A stretch of DNA of 64,000 nt from Planctomycetota bacterium (GCA_036338595.1 JAYZBV010000071.1:18442-82441); one strand, 5' to 3'; positions 19,908 through 30,379 are shown, numbered from the stretch's first letter. A program made the numbers and translations. Notes: a model not told the origin generated them from the letters alone.

Positions 19908-21323
19908 ATGGTCGAGAAGATCGGCAATTTCGATGTGGCGATCATCGGGGGAGGCCCCGGAGGTTATGTCGCCGCCATCCGCGCAGGACAGCTCGGGCTC
20001 AATACCGTACTGGTCGAGAAGGATCCGATGCCGGGGGGAACCTGCTTGCACCGGGGCTGTATCCCGACCAAGGCTCTGCTTCAGAGCGCACATGTACTCG
20101 ACACCGCCAGGGAGAGTTCCTACTTCGGAATTAATATTCCGGAAGCAGAGGTCGATGTCAGTGCGGTTCTTTCATTCCAGAAGCGCGTCGTGACCAAAAA
20201 CGCCAAGGGAGTCCAGTACCTCCTGAAGAAAAATGGGATCACCACGGTGCACGGCACCGGACGACTCGATGGTCTCAACACCGTTCGAGTGGTCATCGAT
20301 GAATCGACTGAGAAGGTGATCGAGGCCAAACACATCATCCTGGCGACCGGCTCTGTGCCGGCGAAGCCCGGTTTCCTGGACTTCTCAAGCCCATTCATCA
20401 TCACCAGTGACGAAGCACTGCGACTCGATCATGTTCCGTCGAAGGTCGTTGTCCTCGGAGCAGGTGCAGTCGGTTCTGAATTTGCCTCGATTCTTTGTTC
20501 CTTCGGCAGCGAGGTAATTCTGGTCGAGATGCTCGACAGGCTGCTTCCCGTCGAGGACCACGATTGCTCTGCAGAGTTACTGAAGGCGTTCAAGAAGCGA
20601 GGCATCGAGAGTCGTGTCTCGACAAGCCTGGAAACAGCCACTGCCACTGACTCCGGGGTCCGGATCGTCGTCAAGGCAGTTTCCGGTGAAGAAGAGACGA
20701 TCGAGGCAGATCTGCTGCTCTGCGCAGTGGGCCGAAAGCCGGTGACCGACTCACTGAAACTGGACCAGGTCGGGATCAAGGTCGATCGCGGCTTCATTCC
20801 CGTCCAACCAGATCAGCGCACATCACGCCCCAATATCTATGCCATCGGTGACATCGTACTCGGCACACCTCAACTCGCTCATGTCGCCAGCGCGGAGGGA
20901 ATCATCGCGGTGGAGAGCATTCATGGCCTCACACCCCAGCCGATCCGAAATGATCGTGTTCCCAACGCAACCTACTGCCACCCGGAAGTGGCGAGCGTTG
21001 GACTGACCGAGCATGCAGCTCGAGAAGCGGGCATCGAGATCAAGGTCTCCAGTTTTCCTCTCTCTGCACTCGGCAAGGCTGGGATCGTCGCCAGGGCTGT
21101 ACCGGGTTTCTTCAAGATCGTCGCCGATGCTCGCTACGGAGAAATCCTCGGTGTACACATCATCGGTCCCCACGCCACCGATCTGATCAGTGAGGGGTGT
21201 GCAATCCTTGGCCTCGAAGGCACCGCGGAAGATCTGGCTCATGTGATCCATCCCCATCCGACTCTCGGGGAAGGAATGATGGAAGCGGCTCACGGACTCG
21301 TTGGCGGCGCCATCCACATGTAG
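19908..21323 (+). CDS. lpdA: Dihydrolipoyl dehydrogenase (E3)
   Basis: GGGPGGY, GGTCLHRGCIPTK, HPHPTLGE. Confidence 0.97.
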   Translation: MVEKIGNFDVAIIGGGPGGYVAAIRAGQLGLNTVLVEKDPMPGGTCLHRGCIPTKALLQSAHVLDTARESSYFGINIPEAEVDVSAVLSFQKRVVTKNAKGVQYLLKKNGITTVHGTGRLDGLNTVRVVIDESTEKVIEAKHIILATGSVPAKPGFLDFSSPFIITSDEALRLDHVPSKVVVLGAGAVGSEFASILCSFGSEVILVEMLDRLLPVEDHDCSAELLKAFKKRGIESRVSTSLETATATDSGVRIVVKAVSGEEETIEADLLLCAVGRKPVTDSLKLDQVGIKVDRGFIPVQPDQRTSRPNIYAIGDIVLGTPQLAHVASAEGIIAVESIHGLTPQPIRNDRVPNATYCHPEVASVGLTEHAAREAGIEIKVSSFPLSALGKAGIVARAVPGFFKIVADARYGEILGVHIIGPHATDLISEGCAILGLEGTAEDLAHVIHPHPTLGEGMMEAAHGLVGGAIHM

Positions 21324-21334
21324 GAAGGGCTCCA

Positions 21335-22312
21335 TTGTCAGAGCAGATCACCTACCTCGAAGCGCTCAGAAAGGCTCTCGAGCACTCCCTCGAGGACGAC
21401 CCACGCGTGGTGCTTCTGGGGGAGGACATCGGCACATATGGCGGTGCCTTCAAGTTGACCCAGGGTTTCTTGCAGCGCTTTGGTCCAGATCGGATCATCG
21501 ACACCCCCATCGTCGAAACGGGCCTTGTAGGAGCAGCGATCGGCTCGGGAATGGCTGGGCTCAGACCCATCGTGGAGATGCAGTTCATCGATTTCATCTC
21601 TTGCGCGTACAACCAGTTGACCAATTTTGCAGCCACCTGCCATTTTCGTTGGGGGCAACCGGTACCGATCGTCATTCGCGGACCATCCGGTGGAGGCGTC
21701 CATGCCGGCCCCTTCCATAGCCAGATGGTGGAATCCTTCTTCCTCAACACTCCTGGATTGAAGGTCGTGGTTCCCTCCACCGTTTCCGATGCCTATACGA
21801 TGCTGCTGGGAGCTATTGAAGATCCAGATCCCGTGATCTTCCTCGAACAGAAAGCTCTCTATCGGACACTCAAGGACACCCTGGATGAAACCGCTGCACC
21901 GGTACCGCCCGGTGTTGCTGCACTGCGGCGAGAAGGTGACCACATTTCCATCTTCACCTGGGGAGCGATGCTGCATCGTTGTAACGCAGCCGCCGACCGC
22001 GCAGAAGAAGATGGAATCCAGTGCGAGATTCTTGACCTCAGATCGCTGTGCCCACTCGACCTGGATGCGATCTATAAAAGCGCAAGGAAAACAGGCAAGG
22101 TTCTCATCGTCCACGAGGACAATCTCACAGGGGGAGCCGGAGCGGAGATCTCGGCTCGGATCGCGGAACATTGCTTCGAGGACCTCGATGCTCCGGTTCG
22201 TAGACTCGCCGCTCTCGATATTCCCATCCCTTACGCTGCCTCGCTCGAGGATGCTTCGTTACCAGGAGAAGACGACATACTCGAGGCGGTGCGCTCCCTC
22301 GCCAGCTGGTAG
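21335..22312 (+). CDS. 2-oxoacid dehydrogenase E1 beta subunit
   Basis: LLGEDIG, DTPIVE, PIVEMQFIDF, HSQ; TTG start after GAAGGG. Confidence 0.93.
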   Translation: MSEQITYLEALRKALEHSLEDDPRVVLLGEDIGTYGGAFKLTQGFLQRFGPDRIIDTPIVETGLVGAAIGSGMAGLRPIVEMQFIDFISCAYNQLTNFAATCHFRWGQPVPIVIRGPSGGGVHAGPFHSQMVESFFLNTPGLKVVVPSTVSDAYTMLLGAIEDPDPVIFLEQKALYRTLKDTLDETAAPVPPGVAALRREGDHISIFTWGAMLHRCNAAADRAEEDGIQCEILDLRSLCPLDLDAIYKSARKTGKVLIVHEDNLTGGAGAEISARIAEHCFEDLDAPVRRLAALDIPIPYAASLEDASLPGEDDILEAVRSLASW

Positions 22313-22526
22313 CGGCCATTCCAGAGGACCGGATGTGCCGTCACCTCGAAGCCCTGACCATCGAGGCGATGCGGCTCGTTCCCGTCCGAGGTCAGGATCT
22401 GGATGATGACCGCCGTCGTGCTGTGGATCCTTCCCCCTCTGCGTCAGTGGAAATCCCCGAACAGGCGCCTTCTCGCCTTTCAGAGGCCCTCACGCCACGG
22501 GGTTCACTTCATCGAACCTCACTTCC

Positions 22527-22560
22527 CGTGTAGACTTCTCAATCGTGTAGACTTCTCAAT
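22527..22560. repeat. Perfect tandem duplication, 2 x 17 bp
   Basis: CGTGTAGACTTCTCAAT twice. Confidence 0.9.
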
Positions 22561-22605
22561 TCCGTGGCGTGGGGCCACGCTCCCTCAGTAGGAGGAACTA
22601 CGCCG

Positions 22606-24354
22606 ATGGCAATCGAAGTCACGATGCCTCAGATGGGGGAATCCATCGCCGAAGGCACTCTGACCCGCTGGTTCAAAAAACCTGGCGACAAGGTGGTCAG
22701 AGATGAGCCGCTGTTCGAAATCTCCACCGACAAGGTCGATGCAGAGGTTCCTGCACCTGCAGATGGTGTGCTGGAGAAGGTGCTGGTCGAGGAGGGTAGC
22801 ACCGTCGAGGTCAATACCATCGTCGCTCTGCTCAGCGACGGATCCGATGTCGCCATCGACGAGACGGCGGATGCCAGCGACATCGTGAATCCAGTCGAAG
22901 AGATCCCCCCGCAGCCCGCCTCGGATCTCACACAGGAAGCAGAGCCAGAAGTAGCGATGGAACAGGCACCCTCGGCAGAGCCTGCCGTGGCGGCGGTTGA
23001 AACTGCTGCGGTAGGTGGCGCCGAGTTGATCGATGTTCCGATGCCACAGATGGGTGAGTCGATTGCCGAGGGAACCTTGACTCGATGGTTCAAGAAGCCC
23101 GGCGACAGCATCTCTCGAGACGAACCGCTCTTCGAGATCTCCACCGACAAGGTGGATGCAGAGGTCCCCTCCCCTTCAGATGGCGTGCTTGCGGAGGTTC
23201 TGGTTGCAGAGGGATCCACCGTCGAGGTCAACACCATCGTGGCCCGGATCGGATCGGGTGCGACTGCGCCCACTTCGCCGACCACTCCGGTCCCACCCCC
23301 TGTAGCCTCGTCCGCCGATGCTGCCTCACAGAGCCCTCCGGATACACCCTCCTCAGCGAGTGAAGTCGTCGCCACACAGACCCCTGCTGTGGCGATTCCG
23401 TCACCAGCAACGGCCTCGGCCAATGGAGATGCACGTAGCGTGCGCTCTTCTCCGCTCGTGCGGAAGATCGCAAGGGAACACGGTATCTCGGATCTCTCGG
23501 TCATCACGGGAACTGGCGCCGGTGGCCGGGTGACGAAGGGTGATATCCTGGGCTTCATCAGTGATCCATCGGCACCCCAGGTCAAAAAGGTGCAACAGGA
23601 TGATGCCGCTGGATTGCCGGCAGCGGGTCAACCGGCGACTCGCTCTACCACTCCTGGGGGAGTCACCGTCGAGAAGATGTCGGTGATGCGTCGAAAGATC
23701 GCCGAGCACATGATCGACTCGCGCCGCACCTCGGCTCATGTGCACTCGGTCTTCGAGGCTGACATGACAGAGATCGTCTCGATGCGAGCTCGCAAGAAAA
23801 CCGAATTCCTGAACGCCAATGGTACCAAACTCACCGTCATGCCCTTCTTCATCAAGGCTTGTAGCGATGCGCTTCGGATCTTTCCTCATGTCAACGCATC
23901 CATCGATGGAGATGAGATTCTGGTCCACCACTCCGTCAACATCGGCATCGCCGTGGCACTCGATAACGGCCTGATCGTCCCCGTCATCAAGGATGTTCAG
24001 GACCTTTCCATCTCGGGGATCCAGAAATCAGTCACCGACCTTGCAAGTCGCGCACGGGGCAAGCAACTGCTTCCCGATGAGGTCACCGGCGGCACCTTCA
24101 CCATCACTAACCCCGGACAGTTCGGAGGCCTCTTCGGCATTCCGATCATCAATCAGCCCCAGGTGGCGATCCTCGGGATCGGTGGAATCGAGAAGCGTCC
24201 AGTTGTCGTCGATGAAGACAAGATCGCGATCCGAGACATGACATACATGTGCCTTTCCTATGACCACAGGCTCGTCGATGGGGCCATTGCGGATCAGTTC
24301 ATGGCCCAGGTGAAGAAGAACCTCGAGAACTTCGAGGAATACTCGCTGGTATAG
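22606..24354 (+). CDS. Dihydrolipoamide acyltransferase (E2) with two lipoyl domains
   Basis: Two ISTDKVDAEV lipoyl motifs, SPLVRKIA..GRVTKGDI E3-binding domain, YDHRLVDG; AGGAGG RBS. Confidence 0.96.
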   Translation: MAIEVTMPQMGESIAEGTLTRWFKKPGDKVVRDEPLFEISTDKVDAEVPAPADGVLEKVLVEEGSTVEVNTIVALLSDGSDVAIDETADASDIVNPVEEIPPQPASDLTQEAEPEVAMEQAPSAEPAVAAVETAAVGGAELIDVPMPQMGESIAEGTLTRWFKKPGDSISRDEPLFEISTDKVDAEVPSPSDGVLAEVLVAEGSTVEVNTIVARIGSGATAPTSPTTPVPPPVASSADAASQSPPDTPSSASEVVATQTPAVAIPSPATASANGDARSVRSSPLVRKIAREHGISDLSVITGTGAGGRVTKGDILGFISDPSAPQVKKVQQDDAAGLPAAGQPATRSTTPGGVTVEKMSVMRRKIAEHMIDSRRTSAHVHSVFEADMTEIVSMRARKKTEFLNANGTKLTVMPFFIKACSDALRIFPHVNASIDGDEILVHHSVNIGIAVALDNGLIVPVIKDVQDLSISGIQKSVTDLASRARGKQLLPDEVTGGTFTITNPGQFGGLFGIPIINQPQVAILGIGGIEKRPVVVDEDKIAIRDMTYMCLSYDHRLVDGAIADQFMAQVKKNLENFEEYSLV

Positions 24355-24356
24355 TC

Positions 24357-25040
24357 ATGGATGTCAGTGGTTCGCAATCAGTGGTGCTGCAGCCGGTCGC
24401 GGTCCAACATCTCGGGCCCAGAGCTTTCGAGGATGCCCATCAACAGATGCTGAAATTGCAGGGTCAGTTGGCCGATTCTCGATCAGATGCGGTGGAAACC
24501 CTGATGCTGTTCGAGCCCTCTCCCGTGATCACTCTCGGCAGCAAGAGTTCTGACATCGACTTGCTCGCGGATGAGGAGACCTTGAGGGCGCGGGGAGTGG
24601 CGATCCAATCGGTCGACCGCGGTGGCCACACTACCTATCACGGACCTGGCCAGTTGATCGCCTATCCAGTGCTTCGCCTGATGCCACAGGAGCGCGATCT
24701 GCACCTTCTGCTTCGGGCACTGGAAATTGCCATCGTCAGAACTCTCGAGCAGTGGGGCATCGAATCCAGAACGGATTCCGATCACACAGGGGTCTGGGTC
24801 CAGCACAGGAAGATTGCCTCCATCGGGATGAGCGTTCGTCGCTGGGTCACCGGTCACGGATCGTCGCTTTGCATCTCTGGCGACCTGTCGCCGTTTCGCT
24901 GGATCGTTCCGTGCGGGATCCACGACTGCCCCTTCACTTCCATGGAGCAGGAACTGGGCACAGCACCTCGTTTCGATGAGGTGGAAACCGCGCTCTCTTC
25001 AAACCTACTCGAGGTCTTCAACAGAAAGGCCTCCTCATGA
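24357..25040 (+). CDS. lipB: Octanoyltransferase LipB
   Basis: DRGGHTTYHGPGQL, KIASIG, IVPCGI. Confidence 0.93.
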   Translation: MDVSGSQSVVLQPVAVQHLGPRAFEDAHQQMLKLQGQLADSRSDAVETLMLFEPSPVITLGSKSSDIDLLADEETLRARGVAIQSVDRGGHTTYHGPGQLIAYPVLRLMPQERDLHLLLRALEIAIVRTLEQWGIESRTDSDHTGVWVQHRKIASIGMSVRRWVTGHGSSLCISGDLSPFRWIVPCGIHDCPFTSMEQELGTAPRFDEVETALSSNLLEVFNRKASS

Positions 25041-25918
25041 GTACCGATGAAGGTCTCCGGCAGAACAAGCCCACCGCCCCACTTCAAAGACCACCATGGA
25101 TCAGGGTTTCCGTGCCCGAGAAGGATTCCCTGGAGCGAGTAGGGAGCCTGATGAAGAGCGGCGGGCTGCACACCGTCTGTCAGGAAGCTCACTGCCCCAA
25201 CATCTACGAGTGCTGGCAGATGGGTACCGCCACATTCTTGATTCTGGGGGAAGTCTGCACACGAAAGTGTGGATTCTGTGCCGTGAGTAAAGGTCGTCCA
25301 TCTCCCGTCGATGAGGATGAGCCGCTTCAACTCGCTGAAGCGGCTGCTCAGCTTGAATTGAAACACGTCGTGATCACCAGCGTCGATCGCGACGATCTTC
25401 CGGATGGAGGAGCTGGTCAGTTCGCGTTGTGCCTCGAGGCACTACGCAAAAAAGCCCCTACCGTCACCACGGAGATCCTGGTGCCCGACTTCCGACCTGA
25501 CCCTCAACGCGGACTCGACATCGTACTCGAGGCAAACCCCACCATTTTTTCCCACAATGTCGAGACGGTCAGAAGGCTCTACCCGGCGGCACGACCTGGT
25601 TCCGATTACGACCATTCCATCTCATTACTGCGAGATGCCTCCCGGCGGATCGGCCCCGATAGAGTCAAGTCGAGCCTCATCCTCGGGCTGGGAGAAAGAG
25701 AGGATGAGATCCGGGAGACGATCCAGGATCTCCACGAAGCGGGAATACGGCGGCTCAACATGGGGCAGTACCTGGCTCCGTCGAGACGCCATATCCCGGT
25801 GAAGCGCTACTGGACTCCTCAGGAGTTTCAGGATCTCGGTCAGTTTGCTCGCGAGATGGGTTTCATCCGGGTCGAATCGGCGCCGCTGGTCCGTTCCTCC
25901 TATCACGCCAGCGTTTGA
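25037..25918 (+). CDS. lipA: Lipoyl synthase LipA
   Basis: CQEAHCPNIYEC, CTRKCGFC, VRSSYHA. Confidence 0.97.
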   Translation: MSTDEGLRQNKPTAPLQRPPWIRVSVPEKDSLERVGSLMKSGGLHTVCQEAHCPNIYECWQMGTATFLILGEVCTRKCGFCAVSKGRPSPVDEDEPLQLAEAAAQLELKHVVITSVDRDDLPDGGAGQFALCLEALRKKAPTVTTEILVPDFRPDPQRGLDIVLEANPTIFSHNVETVRRLYPAARPGSDYDHSISLLRDASRRIGPDRVKSSLILGLGEREDEIRETIQDLHEAGIRRLNMGQYLAPSRRHIPVKRYWTPQEFQDLGQFAREMGFIRVESAPLVRSSYHASV

Positions 25919-25999
25919 CCCCGACCATCGACGGTGGCACCATGCCCACCCGGTCAAGGGTGGAGGGCACAACAGCGGTCCACTTCCTCACTCACCAGG

Positions 26000-27079
26000 A
26001 TGGAGTTGAGTTTGCCGATCCAGATCATCTCCATCGATGGGGAACATGCTGCTGAAGAGGAGATCCAGCGAGCGTCCGATGCCCTCTCCAACGATGAACT
26101 GGTAATTTTCCCCACCGAAACGGTGTACGGAATCGGTGCCAACGCCACTTCGGAAGTGGCCAGGAGCAGGCTTCAGGAGGCCAAGGGGCGCGACCCCGAC
26201 AAACCGATGACGCTTCACATCTCGGACCTCGATCAGCTCAGCGCCTGGATTCAAGAACCAGGCGCGCACGCCGAGCGAATGATGAACGCCTTCTGGCCTG
26301 GACCGCTCACGATCGTATTTCCGGTCGGCGATGAAGGCCTGGGTGTCCGGTTGCCCTCCCATCCCATCGCTCAGCAGTTGATTCGAAAGTGCGGTCCGAT
26401 CGTGGCCACCAGTGCCAATCTCAGTGGTGACCCCGCCAGCACCGATGCGGCAGCTGCGATCGCAGCGATCGGGGACCATGCAACCATCGCACTCGACTCG
26501 GGTCCTTCTCCGCTGGGAGAATCGTCAACGGTGATCCGGCTCTCGCAGGGCGGCGAATTCGAGGTGTTGAGAGAAGGCTTGATCTCTGCCTCGATGATTC
26601 GAAAGGCGGTCCGCGGCTTTCGATCGATATTATTCGTTTGCACCGGCAATACCTGTCGCAGTCCGATGGCTCAGACGATCTGCCAGGATCTGCTGGCAAA
26701 ACATCTCGATTGCTCCATCGATGACCTCAAGGATCGAGGATTCCATGTTCACAGTTCGGGAATCGCTTCTGGAGGGGGACTCGCAACGGAGCAAGCGCGC
26801 CTGACGATGGGGAAGATGGGGCTGTCCGTGGATGATCATCACTCCCGACAGCTCGCCAGTGAAGACGTCGAGGATGCAGATCTCATCATCGCCCTCTCCA
26901 GGTCACACATGGATGTGATTCGTAGTCACTTCCCCGAGGCGGCTAACCGTGTTCACCTGATCAACGATACAGGTATCAGTGATCCCATCGGAGGCGGCGA
27001 AGATGTATACAGACGATGCGCTGAAGAGATCAAACTCGCCCTGGAAAACCGATGGATGAAAGGAATCATCTCGAAATGA
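26000..27079 (+). CDS. tsaC: TsaC/Sua5 threonylcarbamoyl-AMP synthase fused to low-molecular-weight (YwlE-like) protein phosphatase
   Basis: FPTETVYGIG, KGR, TSANLSG; C-terminal FVCTGNTCRSPMA and DPIGG. Confidence 0.9.
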   Translation: MELSLPIQIISIDGEHAAEEEIQRASDALSNDELVIFPTETVYGIGANATSEVARSRLQEAKGRDPDKPMTLHISDLDQLSAWIQEPGAHAERMMNAFWPGPLTIVFPVGDEGLGVRLPSHPIAQQLIRKCGPIVATSANLSGDPASTDAAAAIAAIGDHATIALDSGPSPLGESSTVIRLSQGGEFEVLREGLISASMIRKAVRGFRSILFVCTGNTCRSPMAQTICQDLLAKHLDCSIDDLKDRGFHVHSSGIASGGGLATEQARLTMGKMGLSVDDHHSRQLASEDVEDADLIIALSRSHMDVIRSHFPEAANRVHLINDTGISDPIGGGEDVYRRCAEEIKLALENRWMKGIISK

Positions 27080-27522
27080 AAGCGATCATTGGCTCGGACC
27101 ACGCCGGCATCTCGGGAAGAAAAGAAGCGGCACGAGTGTTCCTGGAACGAGGCTGGGAAGTACAGGAAAAGGGACCTGAAGGGGATTCCGAGAAGGCGGA
27201 TTACCCCGATATCGCTCACCTCATCGCCCAGTCTGTCACCTCGGGTGAATCGATGTTTGGTGTGCTGGTCTGCGGCACCGGGCAAGGAATGGCGATGACC
27301 GCTAACCGCTACCAGGGTGCAAGAGCTGCAGTGATCACCGATACATTCACCGCCGAGATGTCGAGAGCCCATAATGATGCCAACATCGCATGTTTTGGCG
27401 AACGCGTGGTTGGCGCCGCTGCCGTCGCCGATCTCCTGGGCACCTTTCTCGATACCCCATTCGAGGAGGGTCGTCACCTGAAGAGGGTCGACAAGATCGA
27501 CAAGGTCACTGGCGAGGCGTGA
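27076..27522 (+). CDS. rpiB: Ribose-5-phosphate isomerase B
   Basis: GSDHAG, DYPD, CGTGQG, HNDAN, FEEGRH; ATGA overlap. Confidence 0.95.
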   Translation: MKAIIGSDHAGISGRKEAARVFLERGWEVQEKGPEGDSEKADYPDIAHLIAQSVTSGESMFGVLVCGTGQGMAMTANRYQGARAAVITDTFTAEMSRAHNDANIACFGERVVGAAAVADLLGTFLDTPFEEGRHLKRVDKIDKVTGEA

Positions 27523-27551
27523 TCACAACTTGTACTTGGCATCAGAAGAAA

Positions 27552-27595
27552 CATCCCGTGCCTGCTCACCGCGATGCGGCAGCGGACACGGGATG
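27552..27595. terminator. Hairpin between convergent genes, possible bidirectional terminator
   Basis: CATCCCGTG...CACGGGATG. Confidence 0.6.
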
Positions 27596-27621
27596 CTGTT
27601 TCATCGCTATTAATTTCCGGG

Positions 27622-29502
27622 TCAGGGAGATGTAGTACTCTCGGGATCCTGCTCGGCGTTCTGAATCAGATCATCACGAGGAACCGCTGGGCCCTCATCC
27701 TGAAAGACCTTGATGTCTGCGGCAGCCATCCGATCGATCTCGTAGGCATCGAGGAGAGCCTGCTGCTTGGCACGTATTAGCCTGTTCTCGGTTCCTATTC
27801 GAAGCACATCGAACAGTTCCATGTCTGGCGCCTCGATGCCTTTGAGGCGGATGACGTACCCTGATACTGCCAGATCGCTCGTCACGGGGCCAACCACATC
27901 GCCTTGCTCTTCAATCATGAAGGCATCGGCGATCACCTCTACCCTGGCATCGATCACACGATTATCGATCTTCAGGTTGAAGGACTGACTGCGAGAAACG
28001 GGCTCCATTTCATGAATCGTGAGGTTCAGATCCTGAGCCATTTCTTCTAGTGTCACCTCTTCATCTCGAACTCTTTGCAACCAAACCTCGACACCCTCCG
28101 CCATCAATTTCTTGGCCTGTGTCTCTTCCGAAACCTTCAGCGCATCTTCTATCGCCTCATCAAAAGTCATCGTTCGCTCCGGTAGCATCTCGATGACGCG
28201 GATGATGAACTTGCCCTGGCTATTCTCTGCGATCGAATCGTAGAGATCACCCGGCTTTACTGACCCTGGTAAAGCTCGCTCTTGCAGAAAGAAAGTCGCA
28301 TAGGCAGCTGGATTCTTGACCTCGTCATCGAGCAAGCTCACTTCTCGCTGCACGAACGGAGCTAGTTGACGGATCTGGATGTACTCCAGCCCATCGGGGA
28401 AGGCCTGCTCCATCGGAACAGATTCACCCAGGTCCTTCATCGCATTGAGTTGGTCGAGAGCATCCTGGAGCAATCTTGCTTCTTCTACCGTCGCATGGTC
28501 CCGCGTCACTGCCCGCACCACAGCATCGAATACATCGATCAGTGGACGGTAGTCGTCCTCGGGAGTTGCGTCCTCCGGGGCAACATAGTTCTCGGGGCGG
28601 CGAACCCTCCAGAGAGTGTCCTTGTCCTTCTCGTAACGGGCCTCAACTTCTTCCGCCGTTGGCTCGTAGGAGGTCAACCGCTGGAGGGCTGCCCGGTCGA
28701 TGCGCGCCACCTCGACCGACAATCGATTCTGGAGCACGAAACGTTCCGGATTTTCGTTGTAGGTCGCCTCGATATCATCCGGGGTGACCAGTTCCCTGGC
28801 CTCCTCCATGTACATCTCTATCGGCACCTGGATCAGATCGAGCACCCGACGTTCGTTCTGGGTCGAGTACTCGTCGAAGATCTCCTTCTCGGTCACCACT
28901 GCTGCAGACACGACCGACCTGACCAGTTCCTGAATCCTCAGGCTACCGATGACCGTCTCCTCGAACTCCTTTTTAGACATCTTGATGCCGAAGTTCGGAC
29001 TCTTGAGGGCCTCGGTGTAGGTCGCCATATCGATGCGGGCAATTGGCCTCATGCTATTGAAGTCGGGAAGACGCTCCTGATATGTTCCGGTCCAGCCAGA
29101 GAGTTCCATGACTCGAAACCAGGTCGTGATATCGAGGACCGCTTCACGAACTGCGTCCGTCTTGGACTGATCGCTGGGTTCGATCCCTATTCGAGCGATC
29201 TCATCCTCGAACACCAGTTGCTTGAGCACATCCGGAGTCTTGGCCAGGCGGAAGCGATCAAATCGGGCAGCCTGCCAGCCAAAGCGGCAGACATTCGTGA
29301 GCCACAGAGACTTCGAAAGTTCTTGGCGTGTTTCCTCGAACTTGTCCCGGCTCACTGTTTCACCGTTGATCTCGTAGTAAGCCACGGCTGAGTTCCCGAA
29401 CCACCAGCTGACGAGGCCAGTGGCGGCAAATGTGGGGGCAATCAGAATCAACAACAGGGTCATGACGACCCTCTCGTTACGCTTGAAAAAGCCAGTCGAC
29501 AT
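27622..29502 (-). CDS. Membrane-anchored periplasmic chaperone, PpiD/SurA-N-like
   Basis: N-terminal TM, EINGETVS, VTEKEIFDEY..ERR, VTPDDIEATYNENPERF patterns typical of PpiD. Confidence 0.65.
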   Translation of the reverse strand: MSTGFFKRNERVVMTLLLILIAPTFAATGLVSWWFGNSAVAYYEINGETVSRDKFEETRQELSKSLWLTNVCRFGWQAARFDRFRLAKTPDVLKQLVFEDEIARIGIEPSDQSKTDAVREAVLDITTWFRVMELSGWTGTYQERLPDFNSMRPIARIDMATYTEALKSPNFGIKMSKKEFEETVIGSLRIQELVRSVVSAAVVTEKEIFDEYSTQNERRVLDLIQVPIEMYMEEARELVTPDDIEATYNENPERFVLQNRLSVEVARIDRAALQRLTSYEPTAEEVEARYEKDKDTLWRVRRPENYVAPEDATPEDDYRPLIDVFDAVVRAVTRDHATVEEARLLQDALDQLNAMKDLGESVPMEQAFPDGLEYIQIRQLAPFVQREVSLLDDEVKNPAAYATFFLQERALPGSVKPGDLYDSIAENSQGKFIIRVIEMLPERTMTFDEAIEDALKVSEETQAKKLMAEGVEVWLQRVRDEEVTLEEMAQDLNLTIHEMEPVSRSQSFNLKIDNRVIDARVEVIADAFMIEEQGDVVGPVTSDLAVSGYVIRLKGIEAPDMELFDVLRIGTENRLIRAKQQALLDAYEIDRMAAADIKVFQDEGPAVPRDDLIQNAEQDPESTTSP

Positions 29503-29686
29503 CGATGGGACCTACCTCTCGGGTAGAACTGTCTGGACCATCTCGAGTAGTCACTATGAACTGAACAGAATCAGGGATTCTAGGACTCGATGGCTTGGTC
29601 TGCAACGAGACGATGACACCGAAATCCCTCCTCTACCACAGGATACGATGGGACTCCGGGTCAGGCACCAGCCCTGCAGCACCCCA

Positions 29687-30379
29687 TCATTGGCTCTTGG
29701 GCACGATTTCCAGTAGCTCGACGTCAAAAATCAGCGTCGCCCCCCCCGGGATGGTAGGAGGACGCCCCTGGGGGCCATATCCAAGCGATGAAGGGATGAT
29801 CAATTTCCTCGTCCCCCCCACCTTCATCGAGCCGACCCCCTCGGTCCAGCCGGAGATCACTCGATTGAGCGGAAATGTGGCTGGCTGACCCCGATCGACA
29901 CTGCTGTCGAACTTGGAGCCATCATTGAGGTAACCGGTGTAGTGAACCGTGACGCTGCTGGTCGCATCCGGTGGGCTCTCGCCGGTCCCCTCGACGATGT
30001 CGATGTAGTGAAGGCCAGTGGTGGTGATTTGCATCTCACCTGTTGCCTTCTGTCCGGGGAACCGAGGAATCACGACCCTTTCGACGACGGTACCATCACC
30101 CTGGAGCACGATTCGCTCGACCTTTTCGGGAGTGACCGTCTCCACTTCGATCACGATACTGGCATTGCCGTGCTTGATCGTGGCATTTCGAGCGATTCCA
30201 CCGGTGACTTCCACGGCTCTCGCCACCGCTTCCTGAAGAGTCACCTCGGACCTGGAGAGAACTTCATGGAGGTCCTTGGGTGCTGGCGGAATCGATTGGT
30301 AATCATTCATCATCGTTGCTGTGGCCACTCCTGCGAGGAGAACCACTACCATTACCATGATAGCTTCTCTGTTTCTCAT
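29687..30379 (-). CDS. Exported FKBP-type PPIase with N-terminal PepSY-like domain
   Basis: VHYTGYLNDGSKFDSS, VISGWTEG, LGYG, LIFDVELL; signal peptide. Confidence 0.93.
   Translation of the reverse strand: MRNREAIMVMVVVLLAGVATATMMNDYQSIPPAPKDLHEVLSRSEVTLQEAVARAVEVTGGIARNATIKHGNASIVIEVETVTPEKVERIVLQGDGTVVERVVIPRFPGQKATGEMQITTTGLHYIDIVEGTGESPPDATSSVTVHYTGYLNDGSKFDSSVDRGQPATFPLNRVISGWTEGVGSMKVGGTRKLIIPSSLGYGPQGRPPTIPGGATLIFDVELLEIVPKSQ

Noticed and set aside
22527..22560. CRISPR array suggested by direct repeats here and at 7560-7597
   Set aside because: Only two abutting copies, no spacers, no cas genes.
22629..23585. Long antisense ORFs (also 8871-9917, 28366-29391, 32269-33294, 34116-35168)
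   Set aside because: Shadow frames of well-supported genes.
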